Positions 1 through 8,361 of a stretch of 28,937 nt of DNA are shown here, piece by piece; position 1 is the first letter of the stretch, and the number at the start of each line of letters is the position of its first letter. The stretch is from contig JAYVHJ010000474.1 in the NCBI GenBank assembly GCA_043771315.1, positions 1 to 28,937 on the forward strand. Direction: 5' to 3'. A program made the translations under genes and the position numbers. This DNA comes from Raineyaceae bacterium. Its GTDB lineage: Bacteria > Bacteroidota > Bacteroidia > Cytophagales > Thermonemataceae. A model generated the notes under the pieces. It was not told the DNA's origin. It did no database searches and saw only the letters and a list, made by a program, of their open reading frames with translations.

Positions 1-249
1 GTAGCACTTACCGCTTTACCTGCTCTTACTGCAACAATGATGTCGCCTATGATGTTTGTCACAACTGTAGGAAAGCCCTTAATGTGGGTATCAGCTGTAC
101 TTATAGCAACACTTTCTATTACTATTATTATTTCTAGTATTGTAGCTTTTGTATTTATTTGGAATACAAAATACTCGGCTGCCTGCTGGTCTTTGGTTGT
201 CCCTTTGGCACAAGTGTTACTTATTGCGCTTATTTTTGTTATTATGTAA
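1..249 (+). CDS. C-terminal fragment of an integral membrane protein (5' end outside the window)
   Basis: Frame 1 is open from nt 1 to a TAA at 247-249. The translation VALTALPALTATMMSPMM...VPLAQVLLIALIFVIM is strongly hydrophobic and TM-like. No family recognised. Confidence 0.35.
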   Translation, partial: VALTALPALTATMMSPMMFVTTVGKPLMWVSAVLIATLSITIIISSIVAFVFIWNTKYSAACWSLVVPLAQVLLIALIFVIM

Positions 250-276
250 TCATTATTTCTAATATCAGTTTATACT

Positions 277-314
277 TAAAAAGGTTCAAAATCAAAATTT
301 TGAACCTTTTTTAT
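277..314. terminator. Rho-independent terminator hairpin (duplicated copy), A-tract/T-tract on either side
   Basis: AAGGTTCAAAAT / ATTTTGAACCTT perfect 12-bp stem with a 4-nt loop, followed by TTTTT. Confidence 0.45.
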
Positions 315-417
315 TTGTTATTTTACTTATTTCAACCAATTTTCTACTTCCTTTTTTGTAGAATTTTTGACATCATTGAGTTTTAGTTTTTTCTCATACC
401 ACAAACTTCATTAAATA
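278..417. repeat. Direct repeat copy 1: duplicated 3' end of lysS (frameshifted, non-coding) plus its terminator hairpin
   Basis: 278-417 is ~90% identical to 793-936. Both contain the hairpin AAAAAGGTTCAAAAT-loop-ATTTTGAACCTTTTTT and the last ~30 codons of lysS. Copy 1 carries a 1-nt deletion in an A-run that gives a premature stop. Confidence 0.7.
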
Positions 418-497
418 TTTGCATTTGTTAGTAAATGTATTTACTTTGCAACATCATTTAAAATTACTAAATACATTTTTACTAATCAATTTATTCT

Positions 498-788
498 ATG
501 GCTATTTTGAAAATAGTTTTGGCAGCTGTGCTAGGTAGTGCAGTTTTAGGTGCAATCTCTGGGCGCATATATTCTGCTGTTATTCCAGACGGCGCACACG
601 GACTAATGCCCAATTGGATGCTTTTTGGGGGGTTAGGGGCAGTACTAGGACTTGTCATTAGTCTTATTTGTTCCTTTGTATTTAGGGGCAGTTTGGATGC
701 AAATTTTATTAAAGCAGTAGGTATTGCAGCAGGAGGGAGCGAAATTTTGATGATAGCTTTGCTTTTGTTTATGTCCACTCGTAAATAA
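498..788 (+). CDS. Small hydrophobic membrane protein (96 aa), hypothetical
   Basis: ATG-initiated ORF with 3 predicted TM-like hydrophobic stretches (AILKIVLAAVLGSAVLGAI, WMLFGGLGAVLGLVISLICSFVF, LMIALLLF). Locally higher GC (~45-48%) than its surroundings. Lies between two direct repeats. The overlapping minus-strand ORF 491..799 is Pro/Ser-rich and judged spurious. Confidence 0.45.
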   Translation: MAILKIVLAAVLGSAVLGAISGRIYSAVIPDGAHGLMPNWMLFGGLGAVLGLVISLICSFVFRGSLDANFIKAVGIAAGGSEILMIALLLFMSTRK

Positions 789-792
789 AAAA

Positions 793-936
793 TCAACAAA
801 AAGGTTCAAAATCTTATGATTTTGAACCTTTTTTGTTAGTGATTTTGCTTATTTCAACCAATTTTCTACTTCTTCTTTTGTAGGATTTTTGACATCATTG
901 AGTTTTAGTTTTTTTCTCATACCACAAACTTCATTA
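793..936. repeat. Direct repeat copy 2: authentic lysS 3' end plus terminator
   Basis: Partner of 278-417. Here the lysS reading frame is intact. Confidence 0.7.
797..835 (-). terminator. lysS intrinsic terminator (bidirectional hairpin)
   Basis: AAGGTTCAAAAT-CTTATG-ATTTTGAACCTT hairpin 14 nt after the lysS stop codon, with a T-run on the minus strand. Confidence 0.55.
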
Positions 937-2594
937 AATAATTTGTTTGCTTCTGATTTTTTAAGTGCCTCAATTGTGTAAAGATTAAGTTTTTGCAAAA
1001 TTTGTATCAATTCCTCACGTACTCCAACCGCCAAATAATCCTCTTTTTCAGCTACCAAAGGCTTATTTTCAGGTTTCATTTGTGGAAAAAATAACACTTC
1101 TTGAATAGAATTTTGGTTAGTCATTATCATAGTCAGGCGGTCAATACCAATGCCAATACCAGCTGTAGGAGGCATTCCGTATTCCAAAGCACGCAAAAAA
1201 TCCTCGTCCATTGCCATTGCTTCTTCATCTCCACGTGCTGCTAAACTTAGTTGCTCCTCAAAACGCTCACGTTGGTCTATTGGGTCGTTTAGCTCTGAAT
1301 AAGCGTTACAAATTTCTTTTCCATTACAAATTCCTTCAAAACGCTCCACTAAGCCCTCTTTTGAACGGTGTTTTTTGGTAAGTGGCGACATCTCAACAGG
1401 ATAATCAGTAATAAAAGTAGGTTGAATGAGCAAATGTTCTACTTTTTCACCAAAAATCTCATCAATAAGTTTAGCTTTTCCCATTGTTTCATCTGTACTA
1501 ATATGCATAGATTCAGCGGTTTGACGCATCTCTTGTTCATTCATATTAGAAATATCAACGCCTGTATATTCTTTGATAGCTTCAAACATTGTAAAGCGTT
1601 TCCAAGGGCGTTGAAAGTCAATAATATTCTCTCCAACCTGTACTTTTGTTGTTCCGTGCAACGTAATAGCAATTTTTTCAATAACTTCTTCAGTCATTTC
1701 CATCATCCAATTATAATCTTTGTAGGCAACATAAAGCTCCACTTGCGTAAATTCAGGGTTATGAAAACGGCTCATTCCTTCATTTCTAAAATCTTTTGCA
1801 AACTCAAAAACACCATCATAACCGCCTACAATCAATCTTTTTAGGTATAATTCATTGGCAATACGCAAATACAAAGGCATATCAAGCGTGTTGTGGTGCG
1901 TTTTGAATGGGCGTGCAGTTGCGCCACCGTGAATGGGTTGCAAAATTGGTGTTTCAACCTCCAAATAGCCTTTATCACCTAAAAAATGACGTATCACATT
2001 GACAAGTTTGGCACGTTTAATAAAAACCTCTCTTACGTGAGGATTTACAATCATATCTACATAACGCTGTCTATAACGCTGTTCTGGGTCTGTGAAGGCA
2101 TCATACGTTTTTTTATTTCCAGCTTCATCAGTTACTTCACGCACAATAGGAAGTGGGTGAAGTGCTTTGGAAAGTAAAGTAAAATTTGTAACGTGAATAG
2201 AAATTTCACCTACTTGTGTAGTGAAAACGTAGCCTTTGAGTCCGACAATATCTCCAATATCTAGCAGTTTTTTGAAAACGGTATTATAGTTGGTTTTATC
2301 TTCTGTAGGACATATTTCGTCACGGTTTACGTAGATTTGTATGCGCCCAGTTGCATCTTGAATTTCTGCAAACGAGGCACTTCCCATAATACGAAAACTC
2401 ATCAAACGCCCTGCAATAGAGATGTTTTTGTAGTTTTCCTTGCTTTGAGGGTTATTTTCTTGATAATTTTTTAGAATGTCATCAGCAGTTGCGTTTACTT
2501 CAAATCCATCTGCTGGATAGGGATTTATGCCCATTTTGATAAGTTCTGCACGTTTTTGACGGCGCATTACCTCTTGTTCGCTAAGTATTTGCAT
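849..2594 (-). CDS. lysS: Lysine--tRNA ligase (class II LysRS) with a Bacteroidetes-type C-terminal extension
   Basis: 581-aa ORF. OB-fold anticodon-binding N-domain, then class II motifs (FRNEG, ...[11 protein letters not shown]...) and a ~70-aa C-terminal extension. Its start overlaps the rimM stop by 1 nt. Confidence 0.95.
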   Translation of the reverse strand: MQILSEQEVMRRQKRAELIKMGINPYPADGFEVNATADDILKNYQENNPQSKENYKNISIAGRLMSFRIMGSASFAEIQDATGRIQIYVNRDEICPTEDKTNYNTVFKKLLDIGDIVGLKGYVFTTQVGEISIHVTNFTLLSKALHPLPIVREVTDEAGNKKTYDAFTDPEQRYRQRYVDMIVNPHVREVFIKRAKLVNVIRHFLGDKGYLEVETPILQPIHGGATARPFKTHHNTLDMPLYLRIANELYLKRLIVGGYDGVFEFAKDFRNEGMSRFHNPEFTQVELYVAYKDYNWMMEMTEEVIEKIAITLHGTTKVQVGENIIDFQRPWKRFTMFEAIKEYTGVDISNMNEQEMRQTAESMHISTDETMGKAKLIDEIFGEKVEHLLIQPTFITDYPVEMSPLTKKHRSKEGLVERFEGICNGKEICNAYSELNDPIDQRERFEEQLSLAARGDEEAMAMDEDFLRALEYGMPPTAGIGIGIDRLTMIMTNQNSIQEVLFFPQMKPENKPLVAEKEDYLAVGVREELIQILQKLNLYTIEALKKSEANKLFNEVCGMRKKLKLNDVKNPTKEEVENWLK

Positions 2595-3157
2595 TATTTT
2601 ATTTTTTTAGTATTTTTAGGTTCTTCTTCCAAATACACTTCTAAAAGTCCGTCTGGGAGATTTACGTTCATTTGTTTTTTTTCTCTATCAATGCTCAAAA
2701 TAGTTTCATTATTGATAGGAATAAGCACTTCTTTTTCTCTATAATCCATTGCAATCAGTTCACTATGTTGCATAGAATAAATAGTTTTAATAGTACCGAG
2801 TTCTCCTTTATTGACATCAATTACTTGAAAATCAGTAACTTCGTGGTAATAAAAATCTGTACCTTCTAGTTTTGGAAGTGCGGCAAGTGGTAGATACAAA
2901 GTTGCTTTTCCAAGTGTTTGCGCTTGTTCTATGGTATCAATTCCTTTGAGTTTGATAAGAGCTGTTTTTGGCTTATTGGGAAGAATACGGACACTTTCCA
3001 CCTCAAAGCTAACTAATTGTTTTTTTATATCTACAAAAACAGTTGTCATATCTTCATAATCTTCCAAATAATCTACATCTAAATATGCAGAAAATTCACC
3101 ATACAAGGCGTGTGTACGTAAAATATAGCCTAATTCGTAGCAGTCGTTGGCAGTCAT
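2594..3157 (-). CDS. rimM: Ribosome maturation factor RimM (RimM N-domain plus PRC barrel)
   Basis: 187 aa. Alignable to E. coli RimM: [16 protein letters not shown] vs IIKLKGVDDRDAANAL; GTDFYYHEV vs EGDYYWKDL; C-terminal PRC-barrel segment also matches. Confidence 0.8.
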   Translation of the reverse strand: MTANDCYELGYILRTHALYGEFSAYLDVDYLEDYEDMTTVFVDIKKQLVSFEVESVRILPNKPKTALIKLKGIDTIEQAQTLGKATLYLPLAALPKLEGTDFYYHEVTDFQVIDVNKGELGTIKTIYSMQHSELIAMDYREKEVLIPINNETILSIDREKKQMNVNLPDGLLEVYLEEEPKNTKKIK

Positions 3158-3158
3158 T

Positions 3159-3200
3159 TGAGTTGTGAGTTATAAGTTATGAGTTATAAATTGTGAGAGA
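3159..3200. repeat. Heptanucleotide tandem repeat array (GAGTTRT/AAGTTAT x6), complement-type of the AATTCAC family
   Basis: GAGTTGT GAGTTAT AAGTTAT GAGTTAT AAATTGT GAGAGAG with strict 7-nt periodicity. It abuts the rimM start codon. Confidence 0.7.
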
Positions 3201-3231
3201 GATAAAATTTGTTTAGCCAAATAATTTAATT

Positions 3232-3279
3232 AAAAAAACCTGCAAAACTATCCTAAAGAGTGTTTTGCAGGTTTTTTAG
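3232..3279. terminator. Strong bidirectional hairpin between rpsP and rimM (terminator/attenuator candidate)
   Basis: A7-CCTGCAAAAC-13 nt loop-GTTTTGCAGG-T6. Perfect 10-bp stem with an A-tract upstream and a T-tract downstream. Confidence 0.5.
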
Positions 3280-3325
3280 AAAATAATATGTTAGCTGTTA
3301 TAATTGGTTGTTGTTTATTGTATTT

Positions 3326-3374
3326 AATTCACAATTCACAATTCACAATTAAAAATTCACAATTAAAAATTATT
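3326..3374. repeat. Heptanucleotide tandem repeat array (AATTCAC)n, 7 units
   Basis: AATTCAC AATTCAC AATTCAC AATTAAA AATTCAC AATTAAA AATTATT. It overlaps the rpsP stop codon. Confidence 0.75.
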
Positions 3375-3912
3375 CTTCTGTTTTTGTAACTTCTTCTGTT
3401 GCAGGTGCATCAGCAATTACTTCTGCCACAGGCTCTGCAACTGGCTCAACGACAGGGGCATTTTTCTTAGCAATAGCAGCGGCACGGTCAGTAGATTTCT
3501 TAGTTTCTGCATCAAGACGAGCTTTAGCATCTTTTACTTTATTATCAGCCAAAGTATCTATTTTTCCAGAGATTTTAGCTTCTTTATTTTGTTTCCAAGC
3601 AGCAAATTTAGCATCAGCAACTTCTTGCGTGATAGCTCCTTTTCCTACACCAATTTGAAGATGTTTTCTGATAAGTACACCTCTATATGAAAGCATTGCT
3701 TTTACTGTGTCAGTAGGTTGTGCACCTTTCATTACCCAGCTAAACGCTTTTTCTTCATCAATATTGATGCTTGCAGGGTTGGTGTTTGGGTTGTAAGTGC
3801 CTATTTTCTCTATGAACCTACCATCACGTGGAGAGCGAGAGTCTGCAATGATAACATCATACATTGCTAATTTTTTACGTCCACGACGTGCTAATCTGAT
3901 TTTTACGGGCAT
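3370..3912 (-). CDS. rpsP: 30S ribosomal protein S16 with an Ala/Glu/Val-rich C-terminal extension
   Basis: N-terminus MPVKIRLARRGRKKLAMYDVIIADSRSPRDGRFIEKIGTYNP is canonical bS16. A ~90-aa low-complexity tail (VVEPVAEPVAEV) is typical of Bacteroidetes. Confidence 0.9.
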   Translation of the reverse strand: MPVKIRLARRGRKKLAMYDVIIADSRSPRDGRFIEKIGTYNPNTNPASINIDEEKAFSWVMKGAQPTDTVKAMLSYRGVLIRKHLQIGVGKGAITQEVADAKFAAWKQNKEAKISGKIDTLADNKVKDAKARLDAETKKSTDRAAAIAKKNAPVVEPVAEPVAEVIADAPATEEVTKTEE

Positions 3913-4130
3913 TGTTTTGCTTGGTTAAACTTTAAAAGTTTTGCGACAGAACTCGTCTGTCTTTTTCTACCTTAAATATTAAGGACTGCAAAGGTAATAC
4001 AATAATTTAGAATAAAAAATAAAAGTTTAAAAAGTTTTCCCTGTGATGCCCTGTTGAGAACTTCTACTCACAATAAACAATAATAGTTATCTTGGAAATG
4101 AAGATAATTCTAGTTTTATTGCGTAACAAA

Positions 4131-4196
4131 TATATAGAAAATACATTGTTTGACGAAGTGCGTTGTGGGTGTCGCTAACGCTAAAACAACCAACAA
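4131..4196. repeat. Left inverted repeat (~65 bp) bounding a 2.2-kb three-gene cassette
   Basis: 4131-4196 is ~90% identical to the reverse complement of 6267-6332. The shared core is GTGCGTTGTGGGTGTCGCTAAYGCTAAAACA. Confidence 0.65.
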
Positions 4197-4220
4197 TGGC
4201 AGAAATTAAAACCATAGAAT

Positions 4221-4835
4221 ATGAAAAAATTAAAAGTTACAATTGATTGGCTTAATTGGTTTCACAAAGAAGCTATTGAAGTGATTACTACAATAGATAA
4301 TAAAGAATTATTCAGCAAGTCGCTAGAAGGTGAAGTATCTGGTAATCATTTGAGTTATAATACGGTTTTTAAATTGGTAGATTCTTTTCTAAGTGCTTTT
4401 GACTTCCTAATCATTGATTACATTAGACTTATCTGGTGTGAAAAACTTAAAAATGATAATTTACAACTCTCTAATAGGGGTGATACCTTTGAAGATTGGA
4501 AAGAAAGTGTGTTGAAAGGAAATTACGAATTTGAAAATTCATTTGGTGGAGATTATGAAGATCCAACAAATATTTATTACAATTACTTATTAGATGCAGA
4601 AGGCAAAGATATGAGTCTTTATAAATACAATCAAACAGATGGAACTCTAATATTTCTTTGGTACAATCCTAAAACTGATACAACAATGTATAGCATAGAC
4701 ATAGAGCTTAGAAAAGCTTTGTTTTCTATTGATAAATACTTTGATGTTCATTTACCTGATGATTTTATAGAACATAATAAAATAATGCTAGCACAAGCAG
4801 AAGATAAAATAATGAGTATGTTTAAAACAATCTAA
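4221..4835 (+). CDS. Hypothetical cytoplasmic protein (204 aa), no family recognised
   Basis: Clean ATG ORF with no signal peptide. It is the first gene inside the inverted-repeat-bounded segment. Confidence 0.5.
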   Translation: MKKLKVTIDWLNWFHKEAIEVITTIDNKELFSKSLEGEVSGNHLSYNTVFKLVDSFLSAFDFLIIDYIRLIWCEKLKNDNLQLSNRGDTFEDWKESVLKGNYEFENSFGGDYEDPTNIYYNYLLDAEGKDMSLYKYNQTDGTLIFLWYNPKTDTTMYSIDIELRKALFSIDKYFDVHLPDDFIEHNKIMLAQAEDKIMSMFKTI

Positions 4836-5050
4836 CTATATATGCGACTTTGTTGGTATGCTTTTTCCTCTGTTGTCGTCTGTTTTAGCATAACGTACAC
4901 CAACAACGGCAGAAACCTTGAAAATCTGTGATATATATAATTTACTTTTAGAATTATGTAACATTTTTCTAGAATTATGTAACACCCTATTGTGGAATTT
5001 GTTGCAATTTTGCATTGTGGAAATACTTTCACAATCTAAAATCTATCATA

Positions 5051-5839
5051 ATGAACATAAAAAATCTACTACTAATAATTTTTGCAACTGCTTCTATTAT
5101 TTTTTCAGGCTGTAAAAAAGACAATAATGCAGTAACGCCTGTAGTACCACCCACAAATGTAATAATCACTCAAACAGTAGTACAACCTGCAATAAACCTA
5201 CGAACTGCAGGTAATTTTGTGGTTTTGGCTGGTTCGCTAATATCAAATATTCCTGCCTCTGCAATCACAGGAAATATTGGGTTAAGCCCGTCAGCGGGTA
5301 GTATGATTACAGGATTTGGAGGCACTGAAATAACTGGAACAGTTTATACAGTAGATGCGACTGGTCCTGCGGGTTCTGTACCTGATGCAGTAGGGCTTAC
5401 TGCTGCAAAAGGTGATTTAACAACAGCCTACAACGAAGCTGCAGGTCGTACTTCAACTGACATTGTACTTCTTGCAGGAAACATTGGGGGACTTACACTC
5501 AGTCCTGGACTTTACAAATCATCAGGATCACTTGAAATTTCTTCTGGAGACCTTACATTTGATGCAAAAGGAAATGCAAATGCAACTTTTATCATTCAAA
5601 TTGCATCTTCTTTGAATACTACTTCAGGTCGTAAAATCTTTTTAGCTGGTGGGGCATTGGCATCAAATATCTTTTGGCAAGTAGGAACTTCTGCTACGCT
5701 TGGAACTACCTCTGTTTTCAAAGGTAACATAATGGCTGACCAATCAATTTCAGTAAATACGGGTGCAGCAGTTGAAGGGCGTTTGCTTGCACGTATTGCA
5801 GCGGTTACTTTAAGTAGTAATACAGTTGTCAGACCATAA
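5051..5839 (+). CDS. DUF3494 / ice-binding-like family lipoprotein
   Basis: Lipoprotein signal MNIKNLLLIIFATASIIFSG|C. The mature part matches the DUF3494 beta-helix family: TAGNFVVLAGS...ITGNIGLSPS..., GLTLSPGLYKSSGSLEISSGDLTFDAKGNANATFIIQI, IFWQVGTSATLGTTSVFKGNIMADQSISVNTGAAVEGRLLAR. The ORF track starts at 5015; the ATG at 5051 is preferred. Confidence 0.7.
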   Translation: MNIKNLLLIIFATASIIFSGCKKDNNAVTPVVPPTNVIITQTVVQPAINLRTAGNFVVLAGSLISNIPASAITGNIGLSPSAGSMITGFGGTEITGTVYTVDATGPAGSVPDAVGLTAAKGDLTTAYNEAAGRTSTDIVLLAGNIGGLTLSPGLYKSSGSLEISSGDLTFDAKGNANATFIIQIASSLNTTSGRKIFLAGGALASNIFWQVGTSATLGTTSVFKGNIMADQSISVNTGAAVEGRLLARIAAVTLSSNTVVRP

Positions 5840-5862
5840 TTGTACAATTATTTTATGAGATA

Positions 5863-5900
5863 AAAGAGGGTGTCCAAAAAGGATACCCTCTTTTGGTGTT
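5863..5900 (+). terminator. Intrinsic terminator after the DUF3494 gene
   Basis: AAAGAGGGTGTCC-AAAAA-GGATACCCTCTTT hairpin followed by TTTTGGTGTTTT. Confidence 0.5.
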
Positions 5901-5943
5901 TTAGCATAGCAATAAATCAATACACAAATGGTGGGAAAAATGA

Positions 5944-6240
5944 CTACAGGATATCTACAACCCTTCCGTACGCAATTTCAGATGGGAAAACCCCCAAACT
6001 AAATTCTGCACCTTGTTTGATTTTATTCTGCAAAAAATCACGTTCAAGCAATTTAATTCCTATCCTACATATTTTCCCAATTTCAATGTATTCGTCTTGA
6101 ATTTGAATTTCTGAAAATGTAGAATGTTCTGAGTCAATTAGCCAGAAAGATGTTCTGATTGGATTAGTTATAGGAAAGTTAAAGTTCTCTTTTGCTAATT
6201 CAAAAAATATAATATCAACTATCAAAAATAGCTCTTTCAT
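5944..6240 (-). CDS. Hypothetical protein (98 aa)
   Basis: ORF inside the inverted-repeat-bounded segment. No recognisable domain. Confidence 0.35.
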   Translation of the reverse strand: MKELFLIVDIIFFELAKENFNFPITNPIRTSFWLIDSEHSTFSEIQIQDEYIEIGKICRIGIKLLERDFLQNKIKQGAEFSLGVFPSEIAYGRVVDIL

Positions 6241-6266
6241 TCTGATTATTTTTTTACAAATCTAAA

Positions 6267-6332
6267 GGTTGGTGTTTTAGCATTAGCGACACCCACAACG
6301 CACTACATCAAACAATGTATAATTTCTAATTC
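6267..6332. repeat. Right inverted repeat (~65 bp) bounding the cassette; overlaps the ABC transporter stop codon
   Basis: Reverse complement of 4131-4196 with 5-6 mismatches and 1 indel. Confidence 0.65.
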
Positions 6333-8212
6333 ATTTCCAGTTGCAGACGCACCAAATTGTTATAAATGCCTTCATTTTGGGCAAAAAGTTCGTCGTGTGT
6401 GCCTTGTTCCATAATATTTCCATTGCTCAAAACATAAATTTTATCCACTTTTCTTATGGTAGCAAGCCTATGCGCAATAATAATGGTAGTGCGGTTTTGC
6501 ATCAAATTATCTAGTGCATCAGCCACTAATTTTTCAGATTCTGCATCAAGAGAGCTAGTAGCCTCATCAAGCACCAAAATACGTGGATTTTTGAGTATAG
6601 CACGAGCAATAGCAATGCGTTGGCGTTGCCCACCAGAGAGTTTTATCCCTCTTTCACCTACCACAGTATCAAATTTCTCTGGAAAACCTTCAATAAAATC
6701 AAGTGCGTTGGCTTGTTTTGCAGCTTCTATTATCTCTGCATCTGTGGCAGAAAGTTTACCATAAGAAATATTTTCTCTGATAGTTCCACCAAACAAAATA
6801 ACCTCCTGCGGTACAATACCAATGTTTTGACGCAAATAAGGCGTGTTTATGTCGTTGATATTTTGGTTGTCTATGCTGATTTGTCCGTTAGCATTTTCTA
6901 ATTTATAGAATTTCATAAGTAATTGTGCAATAGTAGATTTTCCTGCGCCACTATGCCCTACAAGAGCTATTTTTTGCCCTGCCAAAATCTCAAAATTGAT
7001 GCTTTTCAGCACTTGCACGTCTGTACGTGTAGGATAAGAAAATTGCACATTTTTGAAAACTATATTTCCAGCCACAATAGCAGGTTGTTGTGTGATTTTT
7101 TCAGCTGAATTTACTAATAATTTTTCTTCTAAAACAAACTCACTTTCCTCGTCCAAAATCTCCAAAATACGTTCAGATGCGCCCACAGTTCTTTGAAGTT
7201 GTGCATACAAATCACCCATACCAGCCACAGATGCGCCAATAAAAATCATATATAAAATAAATTCTACCAGTTCTCCAGTTTTCATTTCTCCACTTGCAAT
7301 GAGTGTAGCACCATACCAAAGCACAAAAACAATCCCACCAAAAAGTGCAAAAATCAAGAAAGAAACAAACGCACCACGAAAAACAGACGCTTTAAGTGCC
7401 ACTACAACGACTTCATCAAGGTTTTTGCGGTAGCGTTTCACCTCAAAAAGTTCCATAGTAAATGCTTTGACCACGTTGATAGCCTGAAAAGTTTCCTCTA
7501 CAATAGTATTGGCTTGTGCTAATAAATCTTGCGTTTTTTTGGAAAGTTTTCTGATAAATTTCCCAAAGAAAATAGCCGCCACAATCATCAGCGGGAATGT
7601 TGCAAGCATCACAAGGGCAAGTTTTGGGTAACTAATCAAAATCAAAGTAATACCAATTAAAAGTACCGCCATTTGCCTGAAAAGTTCTGCTAAATTGAAG
7701 GAAAGCATACTTTCTAGTTGCGCCACATCAGTATTCATACGGCTTACAAGCTCACCAACACGGTTTTTTTCAAAGAAACTCAAAGGAAGTGTGATAATCT
7801 TGGAATATAATTTACTTCTGATGTCTGCCATTGTCTTTTCTGTGACGATAGCAAACAAATAAACCCTAAAAAATGATGCTAAAGCCTGCAAAACAAGTAT
7901 TCCAAAGAAAATTAGGGCTACTTGGTTGATAGGATTTGTAACATTTAAGTTTTTGCAAAAGTCGCTTATTGCCACTAAAACAGCATTACTTTTGCCGTCT
8001 GCTACATCTGTGAGCGTGCCTGCAAGTTTAGGAAAGGAAAGCGTTGTAAGGGTTGAAAGCACCAAAAATAACATTCCAACAATGAAATAATTTTTGTAAG
8101 GAAGTGCAAAACGGAATAATTTAACTGTTTTTTGGAAATTTTGTTTGTTAAGTTTTATTTTCTTATCTTCTGGATTTTCTTCTGCGCTATTGAATTTGCT
8201 ATTGCGTGCCAT
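6326..8212 (-). CDS. ABC transporter, fused permease/ATP-binding protein (MsbA/type I exporter family)
   Basis: 628 aa. N-terminal 6-TM domain, Walker A GHSGAGKST, ABC signature LSGGQRQRIAIARA, Walker B ILVLDEATSSLD, H-loop IAHRL. Confidence 0.9.
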   Translation of the reverse strand: MARNSKFNSAEENPEDKKIKLNKQNFQKTVKLFRFALPYKNYFIVGMLFLVLSTLTTLSFPKLAGTLTDVADGKSNAVLVAISDFCKNLNVTNPINQVALIFFGILVLQALASFFRVYLFAIVTEKTMADIRSKLYSKIITLPLSFFEKNRVGELVSRMNTDVAQLESMLSFNLAELFRQMAVLLIGITLILISYPKLALVMLATFPLMIVAAIFFGKFIRKLSKKTQDLLAQANTIVEETFQAINVVKAFTMELFEVKRYRKNLDEVVVVALKASVFRGAFVSFLIFALFGGIVFVLWYGATLIASGEMKTGELVEFILYMIFIGASVAGMGDLYAQLQRTVGASERILEILDEESEFVLEEKLLVNSAEKITQQPAIVAGNIVFKNVQFSYPTRTDVQVLKSINFEILAGQKIALVGHSGAGKSTIAQLLMKFYKLENANGQISIDNQNINDINTPYLRQNIGIVPQEVILFGGTIRENISYGKLSATDAEIIEAAKQANALDFIEGFPEKFDTVVGERGIKLSGGQRQRIAIARAILKNPRILVLDEATSSLDAESEKLVADALDNLMQNRTTIIIAHRLATIRKVDKIYVLSNGNIMEQGTHDELFAQNEGIYNNLVRLQLEMN

Positions 8213-8237
8213 TTGTGAGATTGGTTTAATTTTGGTG

Positions 8238-8267
8238 CAAAGATACGGTTTTTATGCTAGTCTGCAA
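8238..8267 (-). promoter_or_regulatory. Bacteroidetes sigma-A type promoter for the ABC exporter gene
   Basis: Minus-strand read: TTG-19 nt-TATCTTTG, matching TTG-N19-TAnnTTTG exactly, ~25 nt upstream of the ATG at 8212. Confidence 0.4.
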
Positions 8268-8308
8268 TTTAAAAAAACGTGATTTTATTTGTATTGCTAG
8301 TTCATAAA

Positions 8309-8340
8309 TGAAAAAGGCACACCATTAGTGTGCCTTTTAA
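8309..8340 (-). terminator. Intrinsic terminator of the T9SS-cargo gene
   Basis: AAAGGCACAC-CATTAG-TGTGCCTTT hairpin with a T-rich tract on the minus strand, 25 nt after the stop. Confidence 0.5.
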
Positions 8341-8361
8341 TATGCATATTATTTATATGAA

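Noticed and set aside
159-386. 75-aa ORF on the + strand
   Set aside because: It lies across the duplicated, frameshifted lysS 3' fragment and terminator copy. Low-complexity translation; explained by the direct repeat.
491-799. 102-aa ORF on the minus strand, antisense to the small membrane-protein gene
   Set aside because: Pro/Ser/Ala-rich low-complexity translation with no hydrophobic core. The + strand ORF has coherent TM segments and an upstream AT-rich region, so the minus ORF is treated as a shadow ORF.
1368-1844. 158-aa ORF antisense to lysS (and similar antisense ORFs at 6456-6901, 12248-12991, 15093-15398, 17118-17471, 18021-18441, 18602-18835)
   Set aside because: All lie fully within confidently identified genes on the opposite strand and translate to low-complexity sequence. 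Antisense shadow ORFs of this kind are typical of AT-rich genomes.
3326-3374. Possibility that the heptamer arrays are a CRISPR array
   Set aside because: Units are 7 nt with no spacers, arrays are at most 7 units, and there are no cas genes. These are microsatellite-like tandem repeats, not CRISPR.
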